64,000 bases of DNA from Gaiellales bacterium (GTDB lineage Bacteria > Actinomycetota > Thermoleophilia > Gaiellales > JAICJC01): the NCBI GenBank assembly GCA_036273335.1, contig DASUHT010000018.1, positions 586 to 64,585 on the forward strand, in the 5' to 3' direction. How positions within the stretch are numbered: position 1 is the stretch's first letter; every line of letters starts with the position of its first letter. Positions 35,252 to 44,338 of the stretch are shown piece by piece. A program made the position numbers and the translations under genes. The notes under the pieces are model-generated. The model was not told where the DNA came from. It ran no database searches and was given only the letters and a program-made list of their open reading frames with translations.

Positions 35252-35922
35252 CAGGCCACCGCCGGTAGGGGCGTCAGGTCGAGCTGGAAGACGTCCGCCA
35301 GGTGCCGGGTCACCGGCTCGCGCAGATCTCCGGCGGTGACGGCGCCGCCGGTCTCGGCGGATACCGAGGTGAAACGGGCGTTCCCGAGCCCGCAGGCGTC
35401 GAAGAGCTCGTACACGGCCAGGTCGAGGTCGGCGTTCAGCGAGAAGCCGTGGCTGGTCACCCAGCGCGCGCAGCGGACGCCGATCGACGCGATCTTGCGA
35501 TCGTCCACCCAGACGCCTGAGGCGTGCGCCTCGGTTGCTCCGTGGCCCTCGATCTGGAAGTCGGCGAGCGTGCGCAGGATCACCGTCTCCAGGCCGTGCA
35601 CGTAGGCGTGCAGGTCGCGGCCGCGCGCCGACAGGTCGAGGATCGGATAGCAGACGAGCTGCCCCGGCCCGTGGTAGGTGGAGCGGCCGCCCCGGCCGAC
35701 CGCCGTCACCTCGATGCCGCGGCTGCGGTACTCCTCGTCGGGCAGCAGCAGCTCGCGCGCCCGGTCGGTACGTGAGCCGAGGGTGATCACCGGCTCGTGC
35801 TCGAGCAGCATCACGGTGTCCGGGATCGCCCCCTGGGTGCGGGCGGCGGCGAGCTCGGTCATCTCGGCCAGCGCGTCCGCGTAGGCCACCAGCCCGAGCG
35901 ACTCCAGGTACGCCGTGCTCAC
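35251..35922 (-). CDS. lipB: Octanoyltransferase (lipoyl(octanoyl) transferase)
   Basis: GRGGRSTYHGPGQLVCYP and RKIASIGV motifs. GTG 35922 forms a GTGA overlap with the E2 stop. Confidence 0.9.
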   Translation of the reverse strand: MSTAYLESLGLVAYADALAEMTELAAARTQGAIPDTVMLLEHEPVITLGSRTDRARELLLPDEEYRSRGIEVTAVGRGGRSTYHGPGQLVCYPILDLSARGRDLHAYVHGLETVILRTLADFQIEGHGATEAHASGVWVDDRKIASIGVRCARWVTSHGFSLNADLDLAVYELFDACGLGNARFTSVSAETGGAVTAGDLREPVTRHLADVFQLDLTPLPAVA

Positions 35923-37382
35923 AGCCCGAAGGCGTTCTCGTCCCAGCTCTCCAGGTTCTCCTTCACCTGGGCCATGAACTGCGCCGCATAGGCGCCGTCG
36001 ACCAGGCGGTGGTCGTAGGAGAGGCAGAGGAACATCATCGAGCGGATGGCGATGGCGTCGTTGCCGTGCTCGTCGGTGACCACGACCGGGCGCTTGACGA
36101 TGGCCTCGACGTCCAGGATCGCCACCTGGCCTTCGGGGATGATGGGAGTGCCGATGAGGGCGCCGAAGACGCCGGGGTTGGTGATGGTGAACGTGCCGCC
36201 GCTCATCTCGTCGGGCGTCAGCGTCTTCGACCGGGCGCGCTCCGCCAGGTCGATGACCGACCGCGACAGGCCGACCAGGTTCTTCTCCTCGGCCCGGTGG
36301 ATCACCGGCACCATCAGGCCCTTGGCGTCGTCGACTGCCACCGCCATGCCCAGGTTGACGTACTTCTTGATCACCGCCGACTCGCCCTGCACCTCGGCGT
36401 TCACCCACGGCCAGCGGCCGATGGCGTCGATGGTCGCCCGGGCGACGAACGGGATATAGGTCAGTTTGACGCCGTAGCGGCGCTGGTACTCCGGCTTCCA
36501 GCGGCGACGTAGATTGACGACGCCGGTCATGTCCACCTCGATCACCGTGGTGACGTGGGCGGCGGTGTCCAGGGAGTGCCGCATGTGGCGGGCGATCACC
36601 TTGCGGATGGTGTTGAACTGGTAGATCTCCTCCTCGCCGTAGGCAGCCGCCGGTGCCGGAGCGGCCGGCGGAGGCGCCACAGCGGCGGGCGCCGGCGCGG
36701 CCGGCGCCGGCTCGGCCGGGGCGACGATGCCCGCTTCCAGCGGCGTCTCGAAGTGCGGCCGATCGTGCACCTCGGGTGCCGGAGGCGGCGCGGCCGCCGC
36801 GGCAGCCTGGCCGCCGGAGTCGATGAACGCCTGCACGTCCTTCTTGGTCACCCGGCCGCCGCGCCCGGTTCCCGGGATGCGGCTGATATCGAGGTTGTGC
36901 TCGGCAAGCATCCGGGCGACCACGGGGCTCACGAAGGCCCGCCCATCGGCGTCGCCGTTGGCCGGCGCCTGCGGCTGCGATGTAGCAGCGGCGTCTGATC
37001 CGGCTGCCGCGGGGACGGCCGGTTCGCCGGGCTGGCCCGCGGCCGGAGCCTCCGGCGCGGGAGCGGCCTCGGCAGAGGCCGCGGGTGGGGCCGGCTCCTC
37101 GGGTGCCGCCGGTGCAGGCTCGGACGCGGCATCGCCGGTTGCGATGACGGCGATCCGCGTGTTCACGGGAACCGTTTCGCCCTCGCCGGCCAGGAGCTCG
37201 CGGATGACGCCCGACGCGGGGGACGGCACCTCGGTGTCGACCTTGTCGGTCGAGATCTCGACGATCGTCTCGTCGGCCTCGATGCTGTCGCCCACGGCCT
37301 TCGCCCAGCGGGTGATCGTGCCTTCGGACACGCTCACTCCCATCTGCGGCATGACGACGTCCACGAGTGTGCCTGTGCTCAT
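35919..37382 (-). CDS. 2-oxoacid dehydrogenase E2 component (dihydrolipoamide acyltransferase)
   Basis: Lipoyl domain (EISTDKVDTEVPSP), Ala/Pro linkers, E3-binding domain (SPVVARMLAEHNLD) and catalytic domain (LSYDHRLVDGA). Confidence 0.92.
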   Translation of the reverse strand: MSTGTLVDVVMPQMGVSVSEGTITRWAKAVGDSIEADETIVEISTDKVDTEVPSPASGVIRELLAGEGETVPVNTRIAVIATGDAASEPAPAAPEEPAPPAASAEAAPAPEAPAAGQPGEPAVPAAAGSDAAATSQPQAPANGDADGRAFVSPVVARMLAEHNLDISRIPGTGRGGRVTKKDVQAFIDSGGQAAAAAAPPPAPEVHDRPHFETPLEAGIVAPAEPAPAAPAPAAVAPPPAAPAPAAAYGEEEIYQFNTIRKVIARHMRHSLDTAAHVTTVIEVDMTGVVNLRRRWKPEYQRRYGVKLTYIPFVARATIDAIGRWPWVNAEVQGESAVIKKYVNLGMAVAVDDAKGLMVPVIHRAEEKNLVGLSRSVIDLAERARSKTLTPDEMSGGTFTITNPGVFGALIGTPIIPEGQVAILDVEAIVKRPVVVTDEHGNDAIAIRSMMFLCLSYDHRLVDGAYAAQFMAQVKENLESWDENAFGL

Positions 37383-37401
37383 GATTCCTTCCCGTCGGTC
37401 A

Positions 37402-38388
37402 TCAGTAACTTGCGAGCTTGTCGATGGTGGCCAGCACGTCCTCGGTCTGCGGCAGGAATGCCTTCTCGAGCGGCGGCGAGAACGGCACCGGGGTGTCTGG
37501 TGCGGTCACCCGCAGCACCGGGCCGTCCAGGTCCTCGAACGCCTCCTCGGCGATCGTCGCCGCGATCTCGGCGCCGAAGCCGGAGGTGTGGGTGTCCTCG
37601 TGCAGAACGATCACCTTGCTGGTCTTCGCCGCCGACTCCAGGACCGCCTGCCGGTCCCACGGCGTGACGGTGCGCAGGTCGACGATCTCGACCGACGTGC
37701 CGTCGCGCTCCTCGGCCAGCTGCGCCGCCTCCTCGGCGGTGTAGACCATCGCGCCGTAGGTGATGATCGAGAGGTCGGAGCCCTCCCGGTGCAGCCGTGC
37801 CTTCCCCAGCTCGACGGCGTGCTCGCCGTCGGGAACCTCGCCCTTGATGCGCCGGTAGAGGTGCTTGTGCTCGAAGAAGAGCACCGGGTTGGGATCGCGG
37901 ATGGCCTGCACGATCAGCCCCTTGGCATCCGCCGGTGTGGCGGGGCAGGCGATCTTCAGGCCGGGGCAGTGAGCGAAGAAGCCCTCCGGATTCTGCGAGT
38001 GGAACGGCCCGCCCGAGAAGCCGCCGCCGGACGGCAGGCGGACGACGATCGGCACCGGCGTGCCGACGCGGTAGTGCTGCTTGGCGGCGACGGTGACCAG
38101 CTGGTCGAACGCACAGGAGACGAAGTCCGAGAACTGCATCTCGCAGACCGGGCGCATGCCCATCAGCGCGGCGCCGGTGCACGACCCCACGATCGCAGTC
38201 TCGGAGAGCGGCGAGTCGATCACTCGATCCTCGCCGAACTCCTGCAGGAAGCCCTGGGTGACCTTGAAGGCGCCACCGTAGACGCCGATGTCCTCGCCGA
38301 TCAAGAAGACGCGGCCGTCGCGGCGCATCTCCTCGCGCAGCCCGTCGGAGATCGCCTGCAGGTAGGTCTTGGTTGTGGTCGTCGTCAA
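37402..38388 (-). CDS. 2-oxoacid dehydrogenase E1 component beta subunit
   Basis: Transketolase-like pyrimidine-binding domain, ...VFLIGEDIGVYGGAFKVTQGF... 328 aa. Confidence 0.92.
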   Translation of the reverse strand: MTTTTTKTYLQAISDGLREEMRRDGRVFLIGEDIGVYGGAFKVTQGFLQEFGEDRVIDSPLSETAIVGSCTGAALMGMRPVCEMQFSDFVSCAFDQLVTVAAKQHYRVGTPVPIVVRLPSGGGFSGGPFHSQNPEGFFAHCPGLKIACPATPADAKGLIVQAIRDPNPVLFFEHKHLYRRIKGEVPDGEHAVELGKARLHREGSDLSIITYGAMVYTAEEAAQLAEERDGTSVEIVDLRTVTPWDRQAVLESAAKTSKVIVLHEDTHTSGFGAEIAATIAEEAFEDLDGPVLRVTAPDTPVPFSPPLEKAFLPQTEDVLATIDKLASY

Positions 38389-38398
38389 CTCCGCCTCG

Positions 38399-39445
38399 TC
38401 ATCGATGGTGGGGGGTATCCAGCTCCTCGGGCTCGGCGTAGACGCCCTGGAGCGTCTGCTCCGGCTCCGGCGAAGCGCTCTCCTCGGCGCGCCGGGCGGC
38501 GTCGTTCAGGAGCTTCTTGACGTCGGCCGACATCGCGTCCTCGGCGACCTCGTCCAGGATCGACTGCTCCTTCAGCCAGCGCCGGTAGCGCTCGATCGGG
38601 TCCTTGCGCCCGTAGGCCTCCAGGAGCTCACGCGGGACATAGAACGCGTCGTCATGGACGGCGTGGCCCTCCATGCGGAGGGTGACCAGCTCGAGCAGCG
38701 TCGGGCCGCCGCCGTCACGCGCCTTCTCGATCGCCCGGTGGGCCTCGCGGTAGACGGTGAGGACGTCGGTGCCGTCGACGACGACGCCCTCGAAGCCGTA
38801 CGCCTCGGCGCGGTCGGCCAGGTGGTCGACGCCGTACTCGAGCCTGTTGGGCGTCGAGTACGCGTACTGGTTATTGTCGATGATGAACACGATCGGCAGG
38901 TGGTGGACGCCGGCCAGGTTCATCGCCTCGTGGGCGTCGCCGCGGGCAGCTGCGCCGTCGCCGCACCAGCCAACCGCCACCCGGTGCTCGCGGCGCAGCT
39001 TGAAGGCGAGGGCGCAGCCGGTGGCGACCGGCAGCATCGCCGGCAGGTGGCTGACCATGGCGATCAGCCCCAGCCGGAGGTCGGCCATGTGCACGTTGCC
39101 GTCCTTGCCGGCGGACAGGCCGTCGGCACGCCCCATGTACTGGGCGAAGATGCGCCATGGCTCGGTGCCGCGGGTGACGTGCACGCCCATATCGCGCTGG
39201 ATCGGCGCCCCCACGTCGTCCACCCGCATGGCGGTTGCGACGCCGACGGCCGCGCCCTCGTTGCCGCGGCCGGTGTAGAAGCTGCCGGGGATCTTGCCCT
39301 GCCGGTAGAGGATGTGGCCCCGCTCCTCGATCCCGCGGGTGATCAGCATGTTGCGGTAGATCTGGATCAGATCCTCGCGGTCGAGATCTGCCTCCCTCAC
39401 CTCTTCTGCGGACTCGACCGGCGCGGCTTCTCGGGCTACTGCCAT
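38399..39445 (-). CDS. 2-oxoacid dehydrogenase E1 component alpha subunit (TPP-dependent)
   Basis: TPP motif region GDGAAARGDAHEAMNLAGVHHLPIVFIIDNNQYA. 348 aa. Confidence 0.92.
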   Translation of the reverse strand: MAVAREAAPVESAEEVREADLDREDLIQIYRNMLITRGIEERGHILYRQGKIPGSFYTGRGNEGAAVGVATAMRVDDVGAPIQRDMGVHVTRGTEPWRIFAQYMGRADGLSAGKDGNVHMADLRLGLIAMVSHLPAMLPVATGCALAFKLRREHRVAVGWCGDGAAARGDAHEAMNLAGVHHLPIVFIIDNNQYAYSTPNRLEYGVDHLADRAEAYGFEGVVVDGTDVLTVYREAHRAIEKARDGGGPTLLELVTLRMEGHAVHDDAFYVPRELLEAYGRKDPIERYRRWLKEQSILDEVAEDAMSADVKKLLNDAARRAEESASPEPEQTLQGVYAEPEELDTPHHR

Positions 39446-39458
39446 CCTTTACCGCACT

Positions 39459-40622
39459 TTAGTGGAAGTCTCGGCCGTCCGCGCCCCCGTCTGTCACCGT
39501 TCCCGGCGGTGATCGCCGTGGCGGGGCGGGTTCCTCATGGCGCCGGTTCCTCTGCTCCCGCTGGCGCTCCCGCCTCGCCGATTCGGCGCGCGGGTGCACC
39601 ACCTCCGGCAGCTCGCGGCGGATACGGTCCATGCCGGCAGCGGCGATCACGGCCGGGATCAGCGGCAGCCAGAACGTGACCAGGCGCAGCCCGGCCACCG
39701 CCAGCAGCGCCGGCGCGAGCGGCACGCGCACCAGGGTCAGCCCGAAGACCATGGCGGCATCGACGCTGCCCGCCCCGGCCAGGGGCAGCGGCACCATGGT
39801 CGCCAGGTAGCCGGTCGCGTATCCCAGGATCAGCGCGTCCGGCGGGAGGGTGACGCCGACCGCCTGCAGCGCCCCCCAGAGGCAGAGCAGGTTGCCCGCC
39901 CAGTAGATGGCGACGCCGCCCAGCGCGGCCGGGTGACGACGCGGATGCCGGATCACCTCGCGGCAGATGGCGACGCCGCCGATGGCGTCCGCCAGCAGCC
40001 GGCGTGCCTTGTTCGGAGACTTCGGGTGCAGGAAGCGGGTGATCCGCACCGGCGAGCTCATGAAGGCGGCGGTGGCGTAGCAGGCCGCGACCACACAGGC
40101 CCAGCCGACCTCGAGCCAGACGCTGCGCGAACCACCGCGGACGAGGACGGCGACCGCCGCTGCGACCGTCGCCGCCGACAGCACCGCCCACTCCAGCGTA
40201 TTGAGGGCCAGCACGCGGGCGATCGAGGAGTGGCGGTCGGCGCCGGCGCGGCGCAGCGCCCAGTAGTCGACCGCGAGCCCCCCGGCCGACGTCGCCGCGA
40301 CCATCGCGCCGAACCCGGCGGCCACGATCCGCGTCGTCAGCACGAAGCCCAGCCGGGGGCCGCCGAAGACCGCGGCCACGGAGCGGTAGGCGAGGATATA
40401 GCCGAGGTAGGCGAACGCCTCTCCCGCGACCATCAGAGCGAACCAGCGGCGGTCGGCCTCACGCCAGGTCACGAGCAGCTGGTGGAAGTTCGCCGCATGC
40501 GCGATCAGGGTGACGACGCTGAGCGTGACCGCGATCGAGCCGGCGATGATCAGCACCGTTCTCGTTCGGCGGCCGGTCAGGTGCCAGCGTGCGGTGGCGA
40601 CGATCGCGCCCGGCGATCTCAC
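39459..40622 (-). CDS. UPF0104 / lysylphosphatidylglycerol-synthase-TM-region (flippase-like) membrane protein
   Basis: Polytopic, with N-terminal ...TVLIIAGSIAVTLSVV...FHQLLVTWREADRRWF typical of the family. GTG 40622 is the assumed start. Only 13 nt separate it from the E1alpha ATG. Confidence 0.55.
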   Translation of the reverse strand: MRSPGAIVATARWHLTGRRTRTVLIIAGSIAVTLSVVTLIAHAANFHQLLVTWREADRRWFALMVAGEAFAYLGYILAYRSVAAVFGGPRLGFVLTTRIVAAGFGAMVAATSAGGLAVDYWALRRAGADRHSSIARVLALNTLEWAVLSAATVAAAVAVLVRGGSRSVWLEVGWACVVAACYATAAFMSSPVRITRFLHPKSPNKARRLLADAIGGVAICREVIRHPRRHPAALGGVAIYWAGNLLCLWGALQAVGVTLPPDALILGYATGYLATMVPLPLAGAGSVDAAMVFGLTLVRVPLAPALLAVAGLRLVTFWLPLIPAVIAAAGMDRIRRELPEVVHPRAESARRERQREQRNRRHEEPAPPRRSPPGTVTDGGADGRDFH

Positions 40623-40837
40623 CGCGTCCCCCCGGGCATCGATCCAGCCCTTTTCACATCCCCAGGGTACCCCTGCCCGCGCCGCTTCAACCGACCCGGC
40701 GCAGTCCTGCAAACGGCCGCAGAGGCCGGTGGTTACGCGGTCTGCGGGTGCCCGGGTGAGTTGAGTTTGGACAACGCAGGGGGCGGGTAGGAACCCGGCA
40801 GGTCGAGCGAGCAATGGATCGCGAGAAAGGGGCAGCG

Positions 40838-41290
40838 ATGACCCACGTTTTCGCCAATCACGATCTCCAGACGGAGAGGGGCGACGAGTTCATCGACGTC
40901 ACTGACGAGGTGCGCGATGTCGTCGCCGGCAGCGATATCGAGAATGGCATGGCCCTGGTGTACTCCCCGCACACCACGTCGGTGGTCGTGATCAACGAGC
41001 GCGAGTCGGGGTTCATGGAGGATCTGCGGGAGCTGCTGGAGCAGGTGGCGCCGCGGGAGGGACGGTACTACCGCCACGATGACCTGACGATCCGCACGGA
41101 GGGCCTGGACGGTGATCCGCACGAGATCCCGAACGGGCACGCGCATTGCCGGGCAGCGCTGATGAGCACGTCCCAGACGATTCCGGTGGTCGACGGCGAC
41201 CTGCGCCTGGGCCGCTGGCAACGGATCTTCTTCTGCGAGCTGGACAGAGCGCGCCCGCGAAAGGTGTTCATCCAGGTCATCGGCGAATGA
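40838..41290 (+). CDS. yjbQ: YjbQ/UPF0047-family protein (secondary thiamine-phosphate synthase enzyme family)
   Basis: ...GMALVYSPHTTSVVVINE...NGHAHCRAALMSTSQTIPVVDGDLRLGRWQRIFFCELD... Start at ATG 40838 after GAAAGGGG. ATG 40814 is an alternative. Confidence 0.8.
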   Translation: MTHVFANHDLQTERGDEFIDVTDEVRDVVAGSDIENGMALVYSPHTTSVVVINERESGFMEDLRELLEQVAPREGRYYRHDDLTIRTEGLDGDPHEIPNGHAHCRAALMSTSQTIPVVDGDLRLGRWQRIFFCELDRARPRKVFIQVIGE

Positions 41291-42150
41291 CCACCGAGGC
41301 CATGTCGGTGTCCCCGGCCAGGCCGGGGGTCGACGACGTCCTGAGCCGGCGGCACGGCGAGAATTTCTCGGTTGCCGCCGCCTGGATCCCCCGCCGGGAG
41401 CGACAGCTGCTGCTGGCGGTGTACGCGTTCGCCCGCTTCGTCGACGAGATCGGCGACGCCAGCGTCGCCGGCGCCGGAGACCGGCTGGAGGCGCTGGCCG
41501 ATCAGCTGGCGCGTTGGCCGGCGGTGCCCGCCGCCACGGCGGCGATCGCCGGCCCAATGCAGGCACTCGCCGGCGCCGGCGCTCCGGTCGGCCCGATGCA
41601 GCGGCTGGTCGAGGCGAACCTCCTCGATCAGCGCGTCCACGCCTATGCCAGCTTCCCCGACCTGCTGGGCTACTGCCGGCTGTCGGCCGATCCGGTGGGC
41701 CGGCTGGTGCTGTGGGTGATGGACGTCGGCGACCCGGTCGCCGAGCGCCTCTCGGACGCGGTCTGCTCGGGCCTCCAGGTCGTCGAGCACCTGCAGGACG
41801 TCGGCGAGGACGCCCGCCGCGGACGGGTGTATCTGCCCGCGGACGACCTCGCCCGGGCGGGGGTCGGCGAGGCCGACCTCCAGCGGAATTCGGCCACCCC
41901 GGCGCTTTGCCGGGTGATTGGGCTTCAGGCGGGACGGGCCGAGCGCATGCTCGTCCTCGGCTCGCGACTGGCCGGAATGCTGGGGGGCTGGCGGCGGGCG
42001 GCTGTCGCCGGGTATGTGGGGGGCGGCCTGGCCGCCGTCCGCGCGCTCGATGCTGCGGGCTGGGACGTGCTCGGCCGGTCGCCCCGCGCCGGTCGCTCGG
42101 CACGGGCATGGACGACCGCCCGGATCGCTCTGCGGGGGAGCGCCCGGTGA
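41287..42150 (+). CDS. hpnC: Hydroxysqualene synthase HpnC (squalene/phytoene synthase family)
   Basis: GENFSVAAAWIPRRERQLLLAVYAFARFVDEIGD is the HpnC-type N-terminus (ENFPVA-like). ATGA overlap with the yjbQ stop. Confidence 0.8.
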   Translation: MTTEAMSVSPARPGVDDVLSRRHGENFSVAAAWIPRRERQLLLAVYAFARFVDEIGDASVAGAGDRLEALADQLARWPAVPAATAAIAGPMQALAGAGAPVGPMQRLVEANLLDQRVHAYASFPDLLGYCRLSADPVGRLVLWVMDVGDPVAERLSDAVCSGLQVVEHLQDVGEDARRGRVYLPADDLARAGVGEADLQRNSATPALCRVIGLQAGRAERMLVLGSRLAGMLGGWRRAAVAGYVGGGLAAVRALDAAGWDVLGRSPRAGRSARAWTTARIALRGSAR

Positions 42151-42989
42151 CCGCGACCGCCGTCTCCTACCGTCACTGCGAGGCGGTCACTCGCGACCGG
42201 GCGCGCAACTTCTATTACGGGATCCGTCTGCTGCCGGCGCCCCGCCGGTCGGCGATGTGCGCGATCTACGCGTTCGCGCGCCGGGTCGACGACATCGCCG
42301 ACGGGCCGGAGTCCGCCGATGCCCGGCTGGCGGCGCTCGACGATGCCCGGGCCGACCTGCACGGACTGGGTGCTCCGACCGCGGATCGGGTGCTGATCGC
42401 GCTCGAGGACGCCGCCGCCCGTTACCCGGTGCCGCTGGCCGCGTTCGACGACCTGATCGAGGGCGCCCGGATGGACGTGCTGGGCACCCGCTACGAGACG
42501 TACGACGAGCTGATCGTCTATTGCCGGCGGGTGGCCGGCTCGATCGGCCGTCTGTCCCTGGGCGTGCTTGGCGAGCCGGAGACGGCGGATGCCCCGCGCC
42601 GCGCCGACGACCTGGGCGTCGCCATGCAGCTGACGAACATCCTTCGCGACCTGCGCGAGGACCTGGCCGCCGGCCGGGTCTACCTGCCGGCCGAGGATCT
42701 GCAGTCGTTCGGCTACGGCGACTCCGGTTCCTCGCCTGCCGCGGCGATGGACGGAGTGATCCGGTTGGAGGCCCGGCGCGCGCATCAGTGGTTCAGCGCC
42801 GGTCGCCGGCTGCTGCCGCTGCTCGACCGCTCCGGGGCCGCCTGCGTGGGCGCGATGGCGGGCATCTACGAGCAGCTGCTGCGGCAGATCGAGTGCGAGC
42901 CGCAGGTCGTGTTGGAGCGGCGCGTCAGCGTGCCCGTCTGGGCCAAGCTGGTGATCGCCGGCCGGGCGCTCGTGGGGAGGCCCCGATGA
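42147..42989 (+). CDS. hpnD: Presqualene diphosphate synthase HpnD
   Basis: ARNFYYGIRLLPAPRRSAMCAIYAFARRVDDIADG and NILRDLREDLAAGRVYLP motifs. GTGA overlap with hpnC. Confidence 0.82.
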   Translation: MTATAVSYRHCEAVTRDRARNFYYGIRLLPAPRRSAMCAIYAFARRVDDIADGPESADARLAALDDARADLHGLGAPTADRVLIALEDAAARYPVPLAAFDDLIEGARMDVLGTRYETYDELIVYCRRVAGSIGRLSLGVLGEPETADAPRRADDLGVAMQLTNILRDLREDLAAGRVYLPAEDLQSFGYGDSGSSPAAAMDGVIRLEARRAHQWFSAGRRLLPLLDRSGAACVGAMAGIYEQLLRQIECEPQVVLERRVSVPVWAKLVIAGRALVGRPR

Positions 42990-44338
42990 GCCGCCCGGAC
43001 GTGCTGGTCGTCGGTGGCGGCCTGGCCGGGATCTCGGCCGCGCTCGAGTGTGCCGACCGCGGGCTGGAGACGGTGCTGGTCGAGCGCCGGCCGTGGCTGG
43101 GCGGCGCGACCTACTCGATGCAGCGGGGCGGCCTCTGGATCGACAACGGACAGCACGTCTTCCTGCGCTGCTGCGCCCGCTACCGCGGCCTCCTCGAGCG
43201 CCTCTCGGCGACCGCCATGACCCGCCTCCAGACGCGTCTCGAGATCCCCCTGGTGGCGCCCGGCGGCGCGGTGCGCACGCTTCGCCGCGGCGGGCTGCCG
43301 TCGCCGCTCCACCTCGCCCCGGTGCTGCTCCGGCTGCCGGGCCTGTCGACGGCCGATCGTGTGCGCGCCGCCGCTGCGGTGCTGGCGCTGCGGCGGATCG
43401 ATCCTGCCGACCCAGCACACGACGCTGGCAGCATGGGCGACTGGCTGACCGGCCACGACCAGTCGGCCGTGGCGGTCAACCGGATGTGGGACCTGATCGT
43501 GCGGCCGACCCTCAACCTGCGTTCGCGGGACGCGTCGCTCGCCATGGCGGCCAAGGTGTTCCGGACCGGCCTCCTGGAGGACGCGGCAGCGGGGGATATC
43601 GGGTGGGCGGCTGCGCCGCTGCGCGAGTTGCACCACGTCGCGGCGCTGGCGGCGCTCCAGGATGCGGGCGTTCGCGTCGAGACCTGTGTCCGGATCCGCA
43701 GCGTGGCACCCGACGGGTCGGGCTTCACGGCGGACGCCGACGACCGTCGCCTTCGGGCGCGGTCGGTGGTCGTCTGCCTGCCGCCCGACGCGGCGGTCTC
43801 GGCGCTGCCGCGGGGCTCGCTCGACGCCGGCGCGGTGGGCAGGCTGTCGCGGTCGCCGATCGTCAACCTGCACCTCGTCTACGACCGCCCGGTCACCCGG
43901 CTGCCGCTTGCGGCGGCCACGGTCGGCCCGGTGCAGTGGGTGTTCGACCGCACCCGGTCTGCCGGCCTGGCGGACGGCCAGTACCTTGCGGTGTCCCTCT
44001 CGGCCGCCGACCGCTTCATCGGCTGGCCGGCGGTCGAGCTTCGGCGGACGTTCGCTCCGGCGATGGCCGAACTCTTCCCCGAGGCGGCGTCGGCGTCGCT
44101 GGAGCAGTTCATGGTCACCCGCGACCGGGCGGCCACCTTCCGGCCGTCGCCGGGGTCCGGCGCGCTGCGGCCGCCCGCCCGGACCGGGCTTCCCGGTCTC
44201 TACGTCGCCGGCGCCTGGACGTCCACCGGCTGGCCGGACACCATGGAGGGCGCGGTGCGCAGCGGGCGGGCCGCCGCCGACCGCCTGCTGGGAGACCTGA
44301 CGCCCGCCGCGCAGCCGGTCATGGAGTTGGCACGATGA
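42986..44338 (+). CDS. hpnE: FAD-dependent hydroxysqualene dehydroxylase HpnE (amine oxidase family)
   Basis: The dinucleotide fold is VLVVGGGLAGISAALECADRG. Position between hpnD and shc. ATGA overlap. Confidence 0.82.
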   Translation: MSRPDVLVVGGGLAGISAALECADRGLETVLVERRPWLGGATYSMQRGGLWIDNGQHVFLRCCARYRGLLERLSATAMTRLQTRLEIPLVAPGGAVRTLRRGGLPSPLHLAPVLLRLPGLSTADRVRAAAAVLALRRIDPADPAHDAGSMGDWLTGHDQSAVAVNRMWDLIVRPTLNLRSRDASLAMAAKVFRTGLLEDAAAGDIGWAAAPLRELHHVAALAALQDAGVRVETCVRIRSVAPDGSGFTADADDRRLRARSVVVCLPPDAAVSALPRGSLDAGAVGRLSRSPIVNLHLVYDRPVTRLPLAAATVGPVQWVFDRTRSAGLADGQYLAVSLSAADRFIGWPAVELRRTFAPAMAELFPEAASASLEQFMVTRDRAATFRPSPGSGALRPPARTGLPGLYVAGAWTSTGWPDTMEGAVRSGRAAADRLLGDLTPAAQPVMELAR

